Source: an uncultured archaeon (GTDB lineage Archaea > Asgardarchaeota > Heimdallarchaeia > Heimdallarchaeales > Kariarchaeaceae). Taken from it: 33,335 bases of DNA. Both the position numbers and the translations under genes were made by a program. Each line of letters starts with the position of its first letter. The stretch's first letter is position 1. This document shows, piece after piece, positions 19,821 through 28,070 of the stretch. Where the stretch lies: NCBI GenBank assembly GCA_964645535.1, contig CAZYCQ010000035.1, positions 1 to 33,335 of the forward strand, given 5' to 3'. Below the pieces are notes generated by a model. The model made no database searches. It was not told the DNA's origin and saw only the letters and a program-made list of their open reading frames with translations.

Positions 19821-21155
19821 TTAAAGATCATTTACCAAGGACACTTGGGTTTTGGTTTGGGCATTGCTTAGATCCCCCAAGGCCTTAAACCCAGAATACC
19901 AAGTTTCATGCCCATGAATTTCATGGGCAACCTCTATATGAGAGATGCCAACGGAACCAAAATATCCCCATGTGGGATCAAATGGCAACCAGCCCTCTCC
20001 TGTAAGAACTTTTGCCCATTCATGGTAGGAAACGTTCTTTTCCCGAAGATCCACAACATATCCCAAAACCCCGAATGCTGGGATTCCCATACCTCTGAGG
20101 ATGGAAATAAATAAATCCGAGAATTCACTGCAATCTCCCCTTCTATCCTTTAGAACACGGCTGGCACACCATCGTTCTCCGTTTTCCATATATTGCACCT
20201 TTTGGTTGACAAACTCAAAAGCAAGTTTAAGAACTGCTTTCAGGTCATCCGAGGTTTTTCGTATTGAGGATGAAATTGTCTTGATACCTGGGTCAGAGAA
20301 ATCCAGAAGGTCAGTCTCCCTGATCAGGTCAGGATACTTCTTTCCGACTTGGACAACGGTTGAAAGTCTTCCGAACGTTTCAGGGACAGGCTTTCGAGGT
20401 TTTTGGATTACTTCATAGATAATACGGTACTTCCATGTATTGTCATCGACCTGATCCATGACTGCTGTTGCCTCAAGATTTTTGCTTGGATCCAGAACCA
20501 CATCACATTTTCCTGAAATAATTCTGGAATAGTGATTTTCAGTCTCTTTGGGAATGAAAAACTTGACTCTTACATTCTCAAGAGAATTAGGGGATCGCAG
20601 AGTGAATTCTTCCATGAGATGAAATTTTGGGGGATCACCCCATTCAAAACGGATGGTCTTCCCTTTTCTACTGTGTCCAATAAGGGACTTCCATCCTCTT
20701 GCAGGGGTAAGAATAAAGCTTTCTCCCTGTTTTTCCCATTTACCAATACCTGAGACAAAAAGAGGTCGTGTCTTAATGAAAATGATCTCATCTAGGTTTT
20801 CCTTCCCCCAATCCATCACGAATGTGTTTTTCCATCTCCCAAATCCCTCCTCTGGGGAAAAAAGGGCAGACAGGGTAAAGGCATATTTTTGACCAAAGGA
20901 AACGGGATGCCTCAAGGAGATCGTTATCGGGGTGTGGGGGGAGATGACTTTGGAAGGGGAGACAGATATCTCGCCATTTTTATCCCTTGCTTTTGCTCCT
21001 TCAATTCTGAATGGAAAGGAAAGTTGGATTGAAGTGACAATTGAATCAGGGGTTGCATTCCGGAATGCATAGTAGTACCTCAGCAACACTCCGTTTTCAG
21101 TGAAAGCAAGTGTGGTCGAGGTGACCTTTTCAATTGTCACATACCAACTACTCAA
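19821..21155 (-). CDS. Transglutaminase-like (Cys-His-Asp) domain protein
   Basis: RGDCSEFSDLFISILRGMGIPA, YHEWAKV and GWLPFDPTWG motifs. Confidence 0.88.
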   Translation of the reverse strand: MSSWYVTIEKVTSTTLAFTENGVLLRYYYAFRNATPDSIVTSIQLSFPFRIEGAKARDKNGEISVSPSKVISPHTPITISLRHPVSFGQKYAFTLSALFSPEEGFGRWKNTFVMDWGKENLDEIIFIKTRPLFVSGIGKWEKQGESFILTPARGWKSLIGHSRKGKTIRFEWGDPPKFHLMEEFTLRSPNSLENVRVKFFIPKETENHYSRIISGKCDVVLDPSKNLEATAVMDQVDDNTWKYRIIYEVIQKPRKPVPETFGRLSTVVQVGKKYPDLIRETDLLDFSDPGIKTISSSIRKTSDDLKAVLKLAFEFVNQKVQYMENGERWCASRVLKDRRGDCSEFSDLFISILRGMGIPAFGVLGYVVDLREKNVSYHEWAKVLTGEGWLPFDPTWGYFGSVGISHIEVAHEIHGHETWYSGFKALGDLSNAQTKTQVSLVNDL

Positions 21156-21171
21156 TTGGGGATATTTGTAC

Positions 21172-21470
21172 CTATCTTATCCGTTGATACAAGGTTTGGT
21201 AAATTTTGAGGACGTCAGTTCCCCATGATGGCAATTCGATCTGAAGCTTCTCTTCAATGATTCCGCCATTGATAAGAAAAAACATTGAACGAAGATACCA
21301 ATTGCTTCAGTGGTGCTGAAATTGGAGATAACTAGATTGCCAAAACTAACCACCCCTGTTGTCCTTGCAATATTGGTAGTTTACATCGTTTCAAGAGAGC
21401 TTTCATTGTTTGTGATCACTTGGTCAGCAGGGATGTAAAGAATCGGCCGAGTTCGCAAACTTTGAACCTA
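21172..21470 (-). pseudogene. Gene remnant weakly resembling the C-terminal half of an ABC ATPase
   Basis: Broken reading SLRTRPILYIPADQ...*...LVISNFSTTEAIG, then a frameshift to FFLINGGIIEEK...; similarity judged by eye only. Confidence 0.3.
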
Positions 21471-21831
21471 CTGAAATATATACAATTGAGCTAGTCATGA
21501 CTTCACGACCCAAGGTAGTCTATGTTACTCCTGAAATGTTCATCAAGATATATTCGCCAATAGAGCTTCCCAAAGGTTGAAGGAAATAAAGCGGTCAGTA
21601 TGCTCCATGAAACAAACTTCAATGCGTTGAAGAGTATCATTGGATATAAGTGCTTTCCATAAAACCAGTTAACGAAGGCACCCTTTATGAAATACAAGAG
21701 CAGATTTTTCTTGATAAAGATCATGGATGAATGATCCCTTTTGCGATCCGATTCGGATAGAATTGGGTGATAAATATGAAATGGTTGTAAACAGAGAAAA
21801 GACAATATGTTGCCCGTTCTATGAACTCAAT

Positions 21832-22237
21832 TCCCTGAATCCGGATGGTATGCAGATCAAGACTCATCCACTAATTTTTTTCCAGTTCTAAAACCTGTTT
21901 GCCATTGATTTGAGTCAAAACCATCTTGTCAGTCGGGATGATAGGTTGTCCCACAGAAACAAAAAGCTGAAGAAAGCTTACCTTGCCGGTAACAACCTTC
22001 AAAGCCTCCTTGAAAGGATATTTCGAAATTCACTCAACCTCTAGCCATTGGATTTGGGTGAAAACTGCATTGAAAGATTGCAGACAGACTTTTTCCTGTG
22101 ATTGGGGAAGCTATGACCCCCATACTGAAAAACATTTGTTTAACTTGCCAAACAGTCTCTAAGAACTGAAAAATTTGGGTTACATCGAACTGAACGGGAA
22201 CAAGTTCACAGAACCGTTGAAATCTGGTTCTCATTGA
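21832..22237 (+). pseudogene. Leucine-rich-repeat protein pseudogene (may begin near the ATG at 21497)
   Basis: Consecutive 24-aa LRR-register units with in-frame stops: NLFAIDLSQNHL, KLKKAYLAGNNLQSL, NL*PLDLGENCIERL, then after a frameshift LPNSL*ELKNLGYIELNGNKF. Confidence 0.8.
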
Positions 22238-22342
22238 TGAACTCAGTGTCCAGAATTTTCTTGGAAGAAAAATGGACACATTAATTGGGGAATAAAATTA
22301 AGTTGACTGAATCGTACGCGATTTTCCTTGTCAATGGAAGTT

Positions 22343-23112
22343 TCAAGGATAAATTTGCGGCTTGAGCTCAATTCTTCTCCTTTTCGAATGCACATCAACC
22401 AATCTCTTGAGATCCCAATCCGTTTCTGGAATTCCTTGCATGATGACCTGCAATTCTTCAGGACTAAATGGATTTCCAGACAGGTCTCGCATCATATCCT
22501 TATTTAGATTCCTTACTGTGGCTTTATAATCGAGAAAGTCGTTGGAAATGGTCATGGCGAAAACTAGGAACCATCCAGTTTGGATCATAAACAATGTGAT
22601 GATTAGGCCGCTGGGAAAATTCGAAAAAATAAGTAGCAATGGATCGATTATAATTGGTGCAGAGGGAAAACTGACAGCTAGTATTCGAATGTACCTCGGA
22701 AATTCAAAAAACAGCCCTTCTTTTTTCAATTGCTGGTGGATATTGGACAGTTCTTCAAGGAATCTGGGATCAAAATATATGTAATAAAGTTTGTAGGGTT
22801 GGTTTTCTTTGATTACCTGCAAAAAAAAAATCCCTCATAGGGAGTCAATTGTTCCAAATCTTTCCTGTGTCTGATCAACCCTTCTTCAATAACAATTGCC
22901 CCCTTTTTGTACAAAGAAAACAGAACGCATAACAAAAATCTTTTTTTGCCTCCATACAGATATCCCCAAACCTCAAATTCATGTGGTGGAATATTCTGGA
23001 CTTTCTTGCCCATAGCAATTCCCTTGGTCAGTGCAACCAGCAGAAAGGGAGTAAAGGAGGAAAGTAGAGCAAGCAACAACAGAATCATGTCTAGGCACCA
23101 CTGACCTACCAT
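22343..23112 (-). pseudogene. Membrane protein (TIGR04222/DUF2207-like N-terminus) split by a frameshift at a T10 run; candidate immunity gene of cassette 2
   Basis: ORFs 22813-23112 (FEVWGYLYGGKKRFLLCVLFSLYKKGAI...LTPYE) and 22343-22822 meet at the A10 tract 22821-22830; one extra base fuses them. Confidence 0.65.
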
Positions 23113-23115
23113 TAT

Positions 23116-24042
23116 TTAAAAGACTTCCCACGGCATGCTTGCTATGCCATCTGGATCCTCCAAATCCGAACTCAAACCAAGGATAAACCGCAATGCACCC
23201 ATAAGCCCTGAAAATATAATTGCACCTTTTACGATCCAGTATGCAACAGTACTAGCAGCGGCTAATTCTGCACTTGCTGCCAAAGTCGCTCAAAATGAAA
23301 GTTTTAAGGCAGCGGATGCAATGAGAGCAACAAAAATTGGAAGAAAGCCCCAAAGTGAGCCTACAAATGCACCCAAGCTTACTCCATTTGTAATTAAACC
23401 TACAAAATTGGCAATAGGATCCACTAACGATAAAATAAAACTGGCAACTGTAGCTTTAATCGCATCCTTAATGAGACCATAGGCGCTAATACCCAAACTT
23501 GCAACAAGAAGAACAAAATTTAATACATTCCAAAATGGCTCTTTCCCTTTGAAGTTGGGATGTGAACCTATCAGTAACATTGGACTTACGACATTCTCAA
23601 TCAGATTCTGCAGACGCGTGAGCAATTTGTTCGCCACTACTGTAATTTGCTTAGAGTTTTTTAAAAGGCTGAGTGAAATTATGTTTGATCCAAGAATTGC
23701 ATCCACTTCTTCTCTAAAGGAAGCAACATTTTTTGCATTTCCGTCAACCAATTCCGTAATTTTTGAAGATTTACAGCCCAAGATGTAATGGCTGTTTGAC
23801 TTGGAAATGCGGATCATGTCCGCCAACACATCCCAAGAGACTGTTTTTCCGCGGTATTGAATCCCTTTCTCAGAGCTGTGTCCCACATAGATGACCGAGC
23901 CCTTGAAGGACACAATCATGTCGTATGCAGAGAAATCTACCACTCTTGCGCGGGGAAAGTTCGACTTCAGCTCCGCAATGGCGGCCATTTCCTCAAAGGA
24001 ACTTCCGAACTGCACCACAAGGGGTGATAAAGTAAAAGTCAT
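23116..24042 (-). pseudogene. Cassette-2 effector: clan CD-like protease domain plus hydrophobic C-terminus; no signal peptide; internal TGA at 23290-23292
   Basis: VIYVGHSS and HYILGCKS motifs. The frame continues 57 codons past the TGA (ATLAASAELAAAS...SSDLEDPDG...WEVF, TAA at 23116-23118), and this tail resembles the paralogue's C-terminus. Confidence 0.75.
23765..24027. repeat. Direct repeat copy 1 (263 bp, encodes the protease domain)
   Basis: Ungapped match to 25978-26240 (offset 2213); 23900-23987 is identical to 26113-26200 over 88 bp. Confidence 0.95.
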
Positions 24043-24064
24043 AAGGAACCATAGGTCATATATG

Positions 24065-25198
24065 CTACTCTAGAGCAAGAAACTGATCTGACGCACTCCA
24101 TGCAAACTCTGTCTTGTTGGTGACAAAATACACCTTCTCGGCATAGTTACAAAGCCTGTCCATATCCCCTTTCAGTTCCCATTGGAAACGGGAATGGTCG
24201 AAGACCACAAGATGGTCTGGATGCAACTGCCGGATAAGCTCCAATTCAATTGCCTCAAGCGTCCACAGGTCGACTTCTTTGACCTTTTGCTTTTGGCGGT
24301 TCGGAAACTTCCGGCAGACTTCTCCTATAATGGCCTTTTGGTTCGAACCACGGGGAATCAACAGCTCCAAATTTTGTTTCAGGGTGAATTCGGGATAGAA
24401 CCGGGCCTTTGCAAACACGAAATAAGTATGTCCCTTCCATAGTTCCTGCAACGAAATCAATTGGGCTTCTCTCCCCGGTTCTGAGTCCGGTGCATTCCGT
24501 GCCAACTCATCCAGATATTTGAGTGTCGAGACAGGAAATTCGGTTTTCCGATCCTTGAGCCTTCGAATAAGCAGAAGGTAGAGACAAGAAAGAATGGCTA
24601 TGCTTGAAAGAAGCTGTATGAGGAAATTGGAAAATGGAACAACCCAAGGAAGAACGATATCTGGGATCATAACAATCATAACAAAAAGAACAGTACTTAT
24701 GGTTGTCATAAATGATGCCCCTTCTATAGCTTTCTTCCTCTTGTCATTCGGAGCCGCAACAAACCTTACAAAAACATGAACATGTATCAGGGTATAAATT
24801 TCAACATACAGCAGAAGGCGAAGAAGAAACAACGAGGAAATAAGACTGAAATCTGGAAAAGCACCCATGGAGATCAATGGAATAAACCCGTAGAGAAAAA
24901 AGAGAAGAATTCCCATGATCTGTACCTTTTTGTAAATTGTTAGAAAATCAACGGTTCCTAAACAGAATGTGTGTATATGAAAATCATAAAGAAAATATAC
25001 TAGTTGGAAAGAAGCAAGAATTGGAATCACGGTGGCAACATAGTATGTATCATATCCATACGACATATATGTTGTTACTACCATCGTTGACAGAAAAAAA
25101 TATGAAAACAATGGATGATAAAACTTTTTTAGGGATTCACTAAATAGAATACTAAAATTGGTGAAAGCAACAAATAAGATCCAAATTGAAATGATCAT
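24065..25198 (-). CDS. Multi-pass membrane protein fused to a degenerate ABC-ATPase-like C-terminal domain; candidate immunity gene of cassette 1
   Basis: About 7 hydrophobic helices, then FYPEFTLKQNLELL...LHPDHLVVFDH...KVYFVTNK...ASDQFLAL. Confidence 0.7.
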   Translation of the reverse strand: MIISIWILFVAFTNFSILFSESLKKFYHPLFSYFFLSTMVVTTYMSYGYDTYYVATVIPILASFQLVYFLYDFHIHTFCLGTVDFLTIYKKVQIMGILLFFLYGFIPLISMGAFPDFSLISSLFLLRLLLYVEIYTLIHVHVFVRFVAAPNDKRKKAIEGASFMTTISTVLFVMIVMIPDIVLPWVVPFSNFLIQLLSSIAILSCLYLLLIRRLKDRKTEFPVSTLKYLDELARNAPDSEPGREAQLISLQELWKGHTYFVFAKARFYPEFTLKQNLELLIPRGSNQKAIIGEVCRKFPNRQKQKVKEVDLWTLEAIELELIRQLHPDHLVVFDHSRFQWELKGDMDRLCNYAEKVYFVTNKTEFAWSASDQFLALE

Positions 25199-25232
25199 AC
25201 CAACACACTCATTACAAAAAATATATGCATTT

Positions 25233-26348
25233 CTAGCAAAAGATTAAATGGAAGAAATTGAATGGATCACAGGTTACCCCATTTCCGTCGCCACCACCTA
25301 AACTTAAATCTTCGAAAAGGTAAAATGTATCATCATCGTCATGCAAATCATGTATATAGCCCTCTGCCCATAAAGCAAATGAAACAGTATCAGCGATAAG
25401 AGTGAGGTAAGTGGTAGTTTGAGCAGAGGAATATGAGAGAGCCGCCATTGCGGCCACAGATGACAGAAAAATTGCAGCTTGAATGGTAGGCATTACGCTT
25501 ACTGCAATTGAAGGACCATTATTTTCAAGAAAGTATACTGCTAATTCTGTAAATTTCCATGAAACTTCTATCCATTCATAATTCAAAATAAGCAAGTGCA
25601 AGACATGTGCAATAGCTGCAACAGTGGTTAAGAAACCATATCCCATCCACGTTTTTATTCCCAATCTTACACTACGACCAATCGTATGAAGAATAGGATC
25701 AAGCAATGCCAATGACATGAAAACAGCATAAATACTATGCCATAGCTTTTCATTAGAGCCAAAATTGTCGAGGGGCATGAAAATGCGGGGATTCGAAAAA
25801 ATGTGTTCTGCCCTTTCTTCAATCTTTTTCATCCATTGTTGAACGTTGATGCTTTGGAAGCTTGGAGTGCGGATGAAAACAAGATAGGATACCAAAGTTG
25901 CCCCCATAATTGCGTCCACAACTGTTTGAAATGCAAACACTTGTTTTCCTGAAGCTTCTGTCAGTTTTATGACTTTGGAAGATTCACAACCCAGCATGTA
26001 GTGGCTGTTGGACTTGGAAATGCGGATTATGTCCACCAACACATCCCAAGAGATTGTCTTCCCATTGTACTGGACTCCCTCATCGGAACTGTGTCCCACA
26101 TAGATGACCGGACCCTTGAAGGACACAATCATGTCGTATGCAGAGAAATCTACCACTCTTGCGCGGGGAAAGTTCGACTTCAGCTCCGCAATGGCGGCCA
26201 ATTCCTCCACGGAATCTCCAAACTGCACCACAAGGGGTGAGACGGCAGTGTTCGAAACCTCGAAGGTGTCTTCGAGCACGGGGGCAACCCCGGACATCAC
26301 TAGGATACCTATGAAGAACAAACTGGTAACATGCTTTGTTGAAAGCAT
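25233..26348 (-). CDS. Cassette-1 effector: signal peptide, clan CD (caspase/CHAT-like) protease domain and hydrophobic multi-helix C-terminus
   Basis: Start reassigned to MLSTKHVTSLFFIGILVMSGVA (signal-like). His in VIYVGHSS (26091-26093) and Cys in HYMLGCES (25986-25988), 35 residues apart. Tail ends with DLHDDDD. Confidence 0.75.
   Translation of the reverse strand: MLSTKHVTSLFFIGILVMSGVAPVLEDTFEVSNTAVSPLVVQFGDSVEELAAIAELKSNFPRARVVDFSAYDMIVSFKGPVIYVGHSSDEGVQYNGKTISWDVLVDIIRISKSNSHYMLGCESSKVIKLTEASGKQVFAFQTVVDAIMGATLVSYLVFIRTPSFQSINVQQWMKKIEERAEHIFSNPRIFMPLDNFGSNEKLWHSIYAVFMSLALLDPILHTIGRSVRLGIKTWMGYGFLTTVAAIAHVLHLLILNYEWIEVSWKFTELAVYFLENNGPSIAVSVMPTIQAAIFLSSVAAMAALSYSSAQTTTYLTLIADTVSFALWAEGYIHDLHDDDDTFYLFEDLSLGGGDGNGVTCDPFNFFHLIFC
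25978..26240. repeat. Direct repeat copy 2 (263 bp)
   Basis: Matches 23765-24027. Confidence 0.95.
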
Positions 26349-26478
26349 GAGCTGTGCAGAAAATTTAAAAAAAAAACATTTCGGTCGTGATGCAAAAAAG
26401 TGGGAAAAGAATTTAAACATGCATCGATATTCGAATTCAAGAGGATTGCAATATATTTGAGAATGTGGTTGTTTCGGG

Positions 26479-27144
26479 TTAAAAATTATGCCATGAATCA
26501 AAAATCACATCTTGAAAAAGGCTCACCTTCCACGAGATCAAGCGCAAGTGACAGTGAACTGCATCCATCACCCGTGTAATAGACAACCAAAAGGTAGGTG
26601 ATTTTTTTTGCCTAGCTTCGTATTGCCAAAAATCATCAGGAAAAAACAGGAATATGCGGGAATCGCCGTATGTCATGTTTTCAACCCTAAATTTAAGTCC
26701 AAGAGGAAAGTCAAATATGACGTGATCATCACCCCCATACAATATTGGAATAATTGAAATGGTGTTCAATTCCAAGTTCAATTTCGTCATCAGTCATATT
26801 TTCGTCGCCTGATACAAAATGTAGAAAAGCTTCCCCATCACCTTGGACATCGTCATGTTGGGTACTGGCTGTGCACCCAATGATCACCGAGACCCTTGTA
26901 ATTCAGTGAACCAAAGGCCGGCACCCATATCTTATACCTCTCCCCAGAAAATATGAAGGTATCTCAATAGTCATGAGAAATATATGGCGTAAAGGATGAA
27001 TGCTCCATTAAATGTATATGGAGAACCCTGAATCCACACCTTGTAAACCATGTTTCGGGTCAATTCCAGAGTCAAAAGTTCAACCCTCTCTACGTCAAAA
27101 CCCATGGATCTCAACATTTTGTGTATTGAAGGAGCCGAGTTCAA
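26479..27144 (-). pseudogene. Fragmented gene, possibly an APH/choline-kinase-like phosphotransferase remnant
   Basis: TTG start with GGGGAG upstream: LRSMGFDVERVELLTLELTRNMVYKVWIQG, stop at 26971-26973; later fragments MGKLFYILYQAT and TYGD. Confidence 0.3.
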
Positions 27145-27283
27145 GCGACTCCCCTTTTGAATGAAAAATTATAAAGACATTTCATCACCAGTGATTTTTT
27201 GGTTTTTCCGGCCATTTTGTTCGGTCAATCTTTTCTTTCCATTCAAGGGAAATATTCAACAATAGGAGTCAGATATTGAGATA

Positions 27284-28003
27284 ATGGTATCTTATCAACA
27301 GGGGAAAATTATCAATCGGGAAATATTCGGGAATCTTCTTGTTCTGACCATTGAACCGGAAAAAGAGTTTGAGTGGGAGCCAGGACAATTCATTGTTACA
27401 CAAAATGAAATTAACGGAAACATTGAAACAGCAGACTATACAATTGTTTCATCACCAAAGATAACTGAAAGATTTCAGATAATAGTGGAAGTTTATACTG
27501 AATCTGTTGTAGGGGCTTGGTTAAAGGACTTAGGTATTGGACAAAAGATCAGGTTCAAGGGTCCAAAAGGAAGGACAGTGATGCAGTCAAATGATCAATC
27601 AATTGTAATAGTTTATCGTGAAATCGGAGGGGTGATTGCCTTGGCATTTCTCAGACAGCTAAATGAAGAAGGGTTCAAACATCAGGTCACCACAATTGGT
27701 TTCAACAATGAGGGATTTGTTGACTTGGTTGAAATGTATAGGGACGAATTTAGCAATCTTAGTCTGGATACCCGTATTTTTGTGCTGGATCAAACGACTG
27801 ACGAGGGGAAGTTTCCAAGATCGCAATTGAAAGGTATCTTTGAACCATACAAGGAACGAGAGTTTTATATTGCGGGAATGTCCGAATTTGTCAAAAATTT
27901 AAGGTCTCGGCTCATTTCTTGGGGAGTTCCCAAAGAGAAAATTCACCGAGAATTCTTTGGGTGGAAGAGAAACCATCCAAAAAGGAGAGGGTCTTTGGTT
28001 TAA
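27284..28003 (+). CDS. Ferredoxin-NADP-reductase-like (FAD/NAD-binding fold) protein with degenerate motifs
   Basis: FEWEPGQF, xDYTIVSSP, GPKG, FYIAG...FV and IHREFF give the FNR layout. Confidence 0.75.
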   Translation: MVSYQQGKIINREIFGNLLVLTIEPEKEFEWEPGQFIVTQNEINGNIETADYTIVSSPKITERFQIIVEVYTESVVGAWLKDLGIGQKIRFKGPKGRTVMQSNDQSIVIVYREIGGVIALAFLRQLNEEGFKHQVTTIGFNNEGFVDLVEMYRDEFSNLSLDTRIFVLDQTTDEGKFPRSQLKGIFEPYKEREFYIAGMSEFVKNLRSRLISWGVPKEKIHREFFGWKRNHPKRRGSLV

Positions 28004-28070
28004 CCTACAGGTTTAAGGTTTAACTTGGAACCATTATATTGCTTAATATACATTTTTTCCGGAACAAGTA

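Noticed and set aside
21503-22279. Minus-strand ORFs of 100 and 81 aa
   Set aside because: They are better explained as antisense shadows of the plus-strand LRR pseudogene region.
23290-23292. Selenocysteine recoding of the internal TGA
   Set aside because: The aligned residue in the paralogue is Leu within a hydrophobic helix, not Cys, and no SECIS-like element was identified.
23135-23482. 115-aa plus-strand ORF
   Set aside because: It is the antisense shadow of the effector-2 tail.
23765-26240. Diversity-generating retroelement template/variable repeat pair, or mobile-element terminal repeats
   Set aside because: No reverse transcriptase, transposase or integrase is in the window, and both copies encode the same protein domain in frame with many synonymous or conservative differences.
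25233-26348. Gasdermin-protease system
   Set aside because: The tail is hydrophobic and helical, fused to the protease and preceded by a signal-like peptide, unlike beta-rich cytosolic gasdermins.
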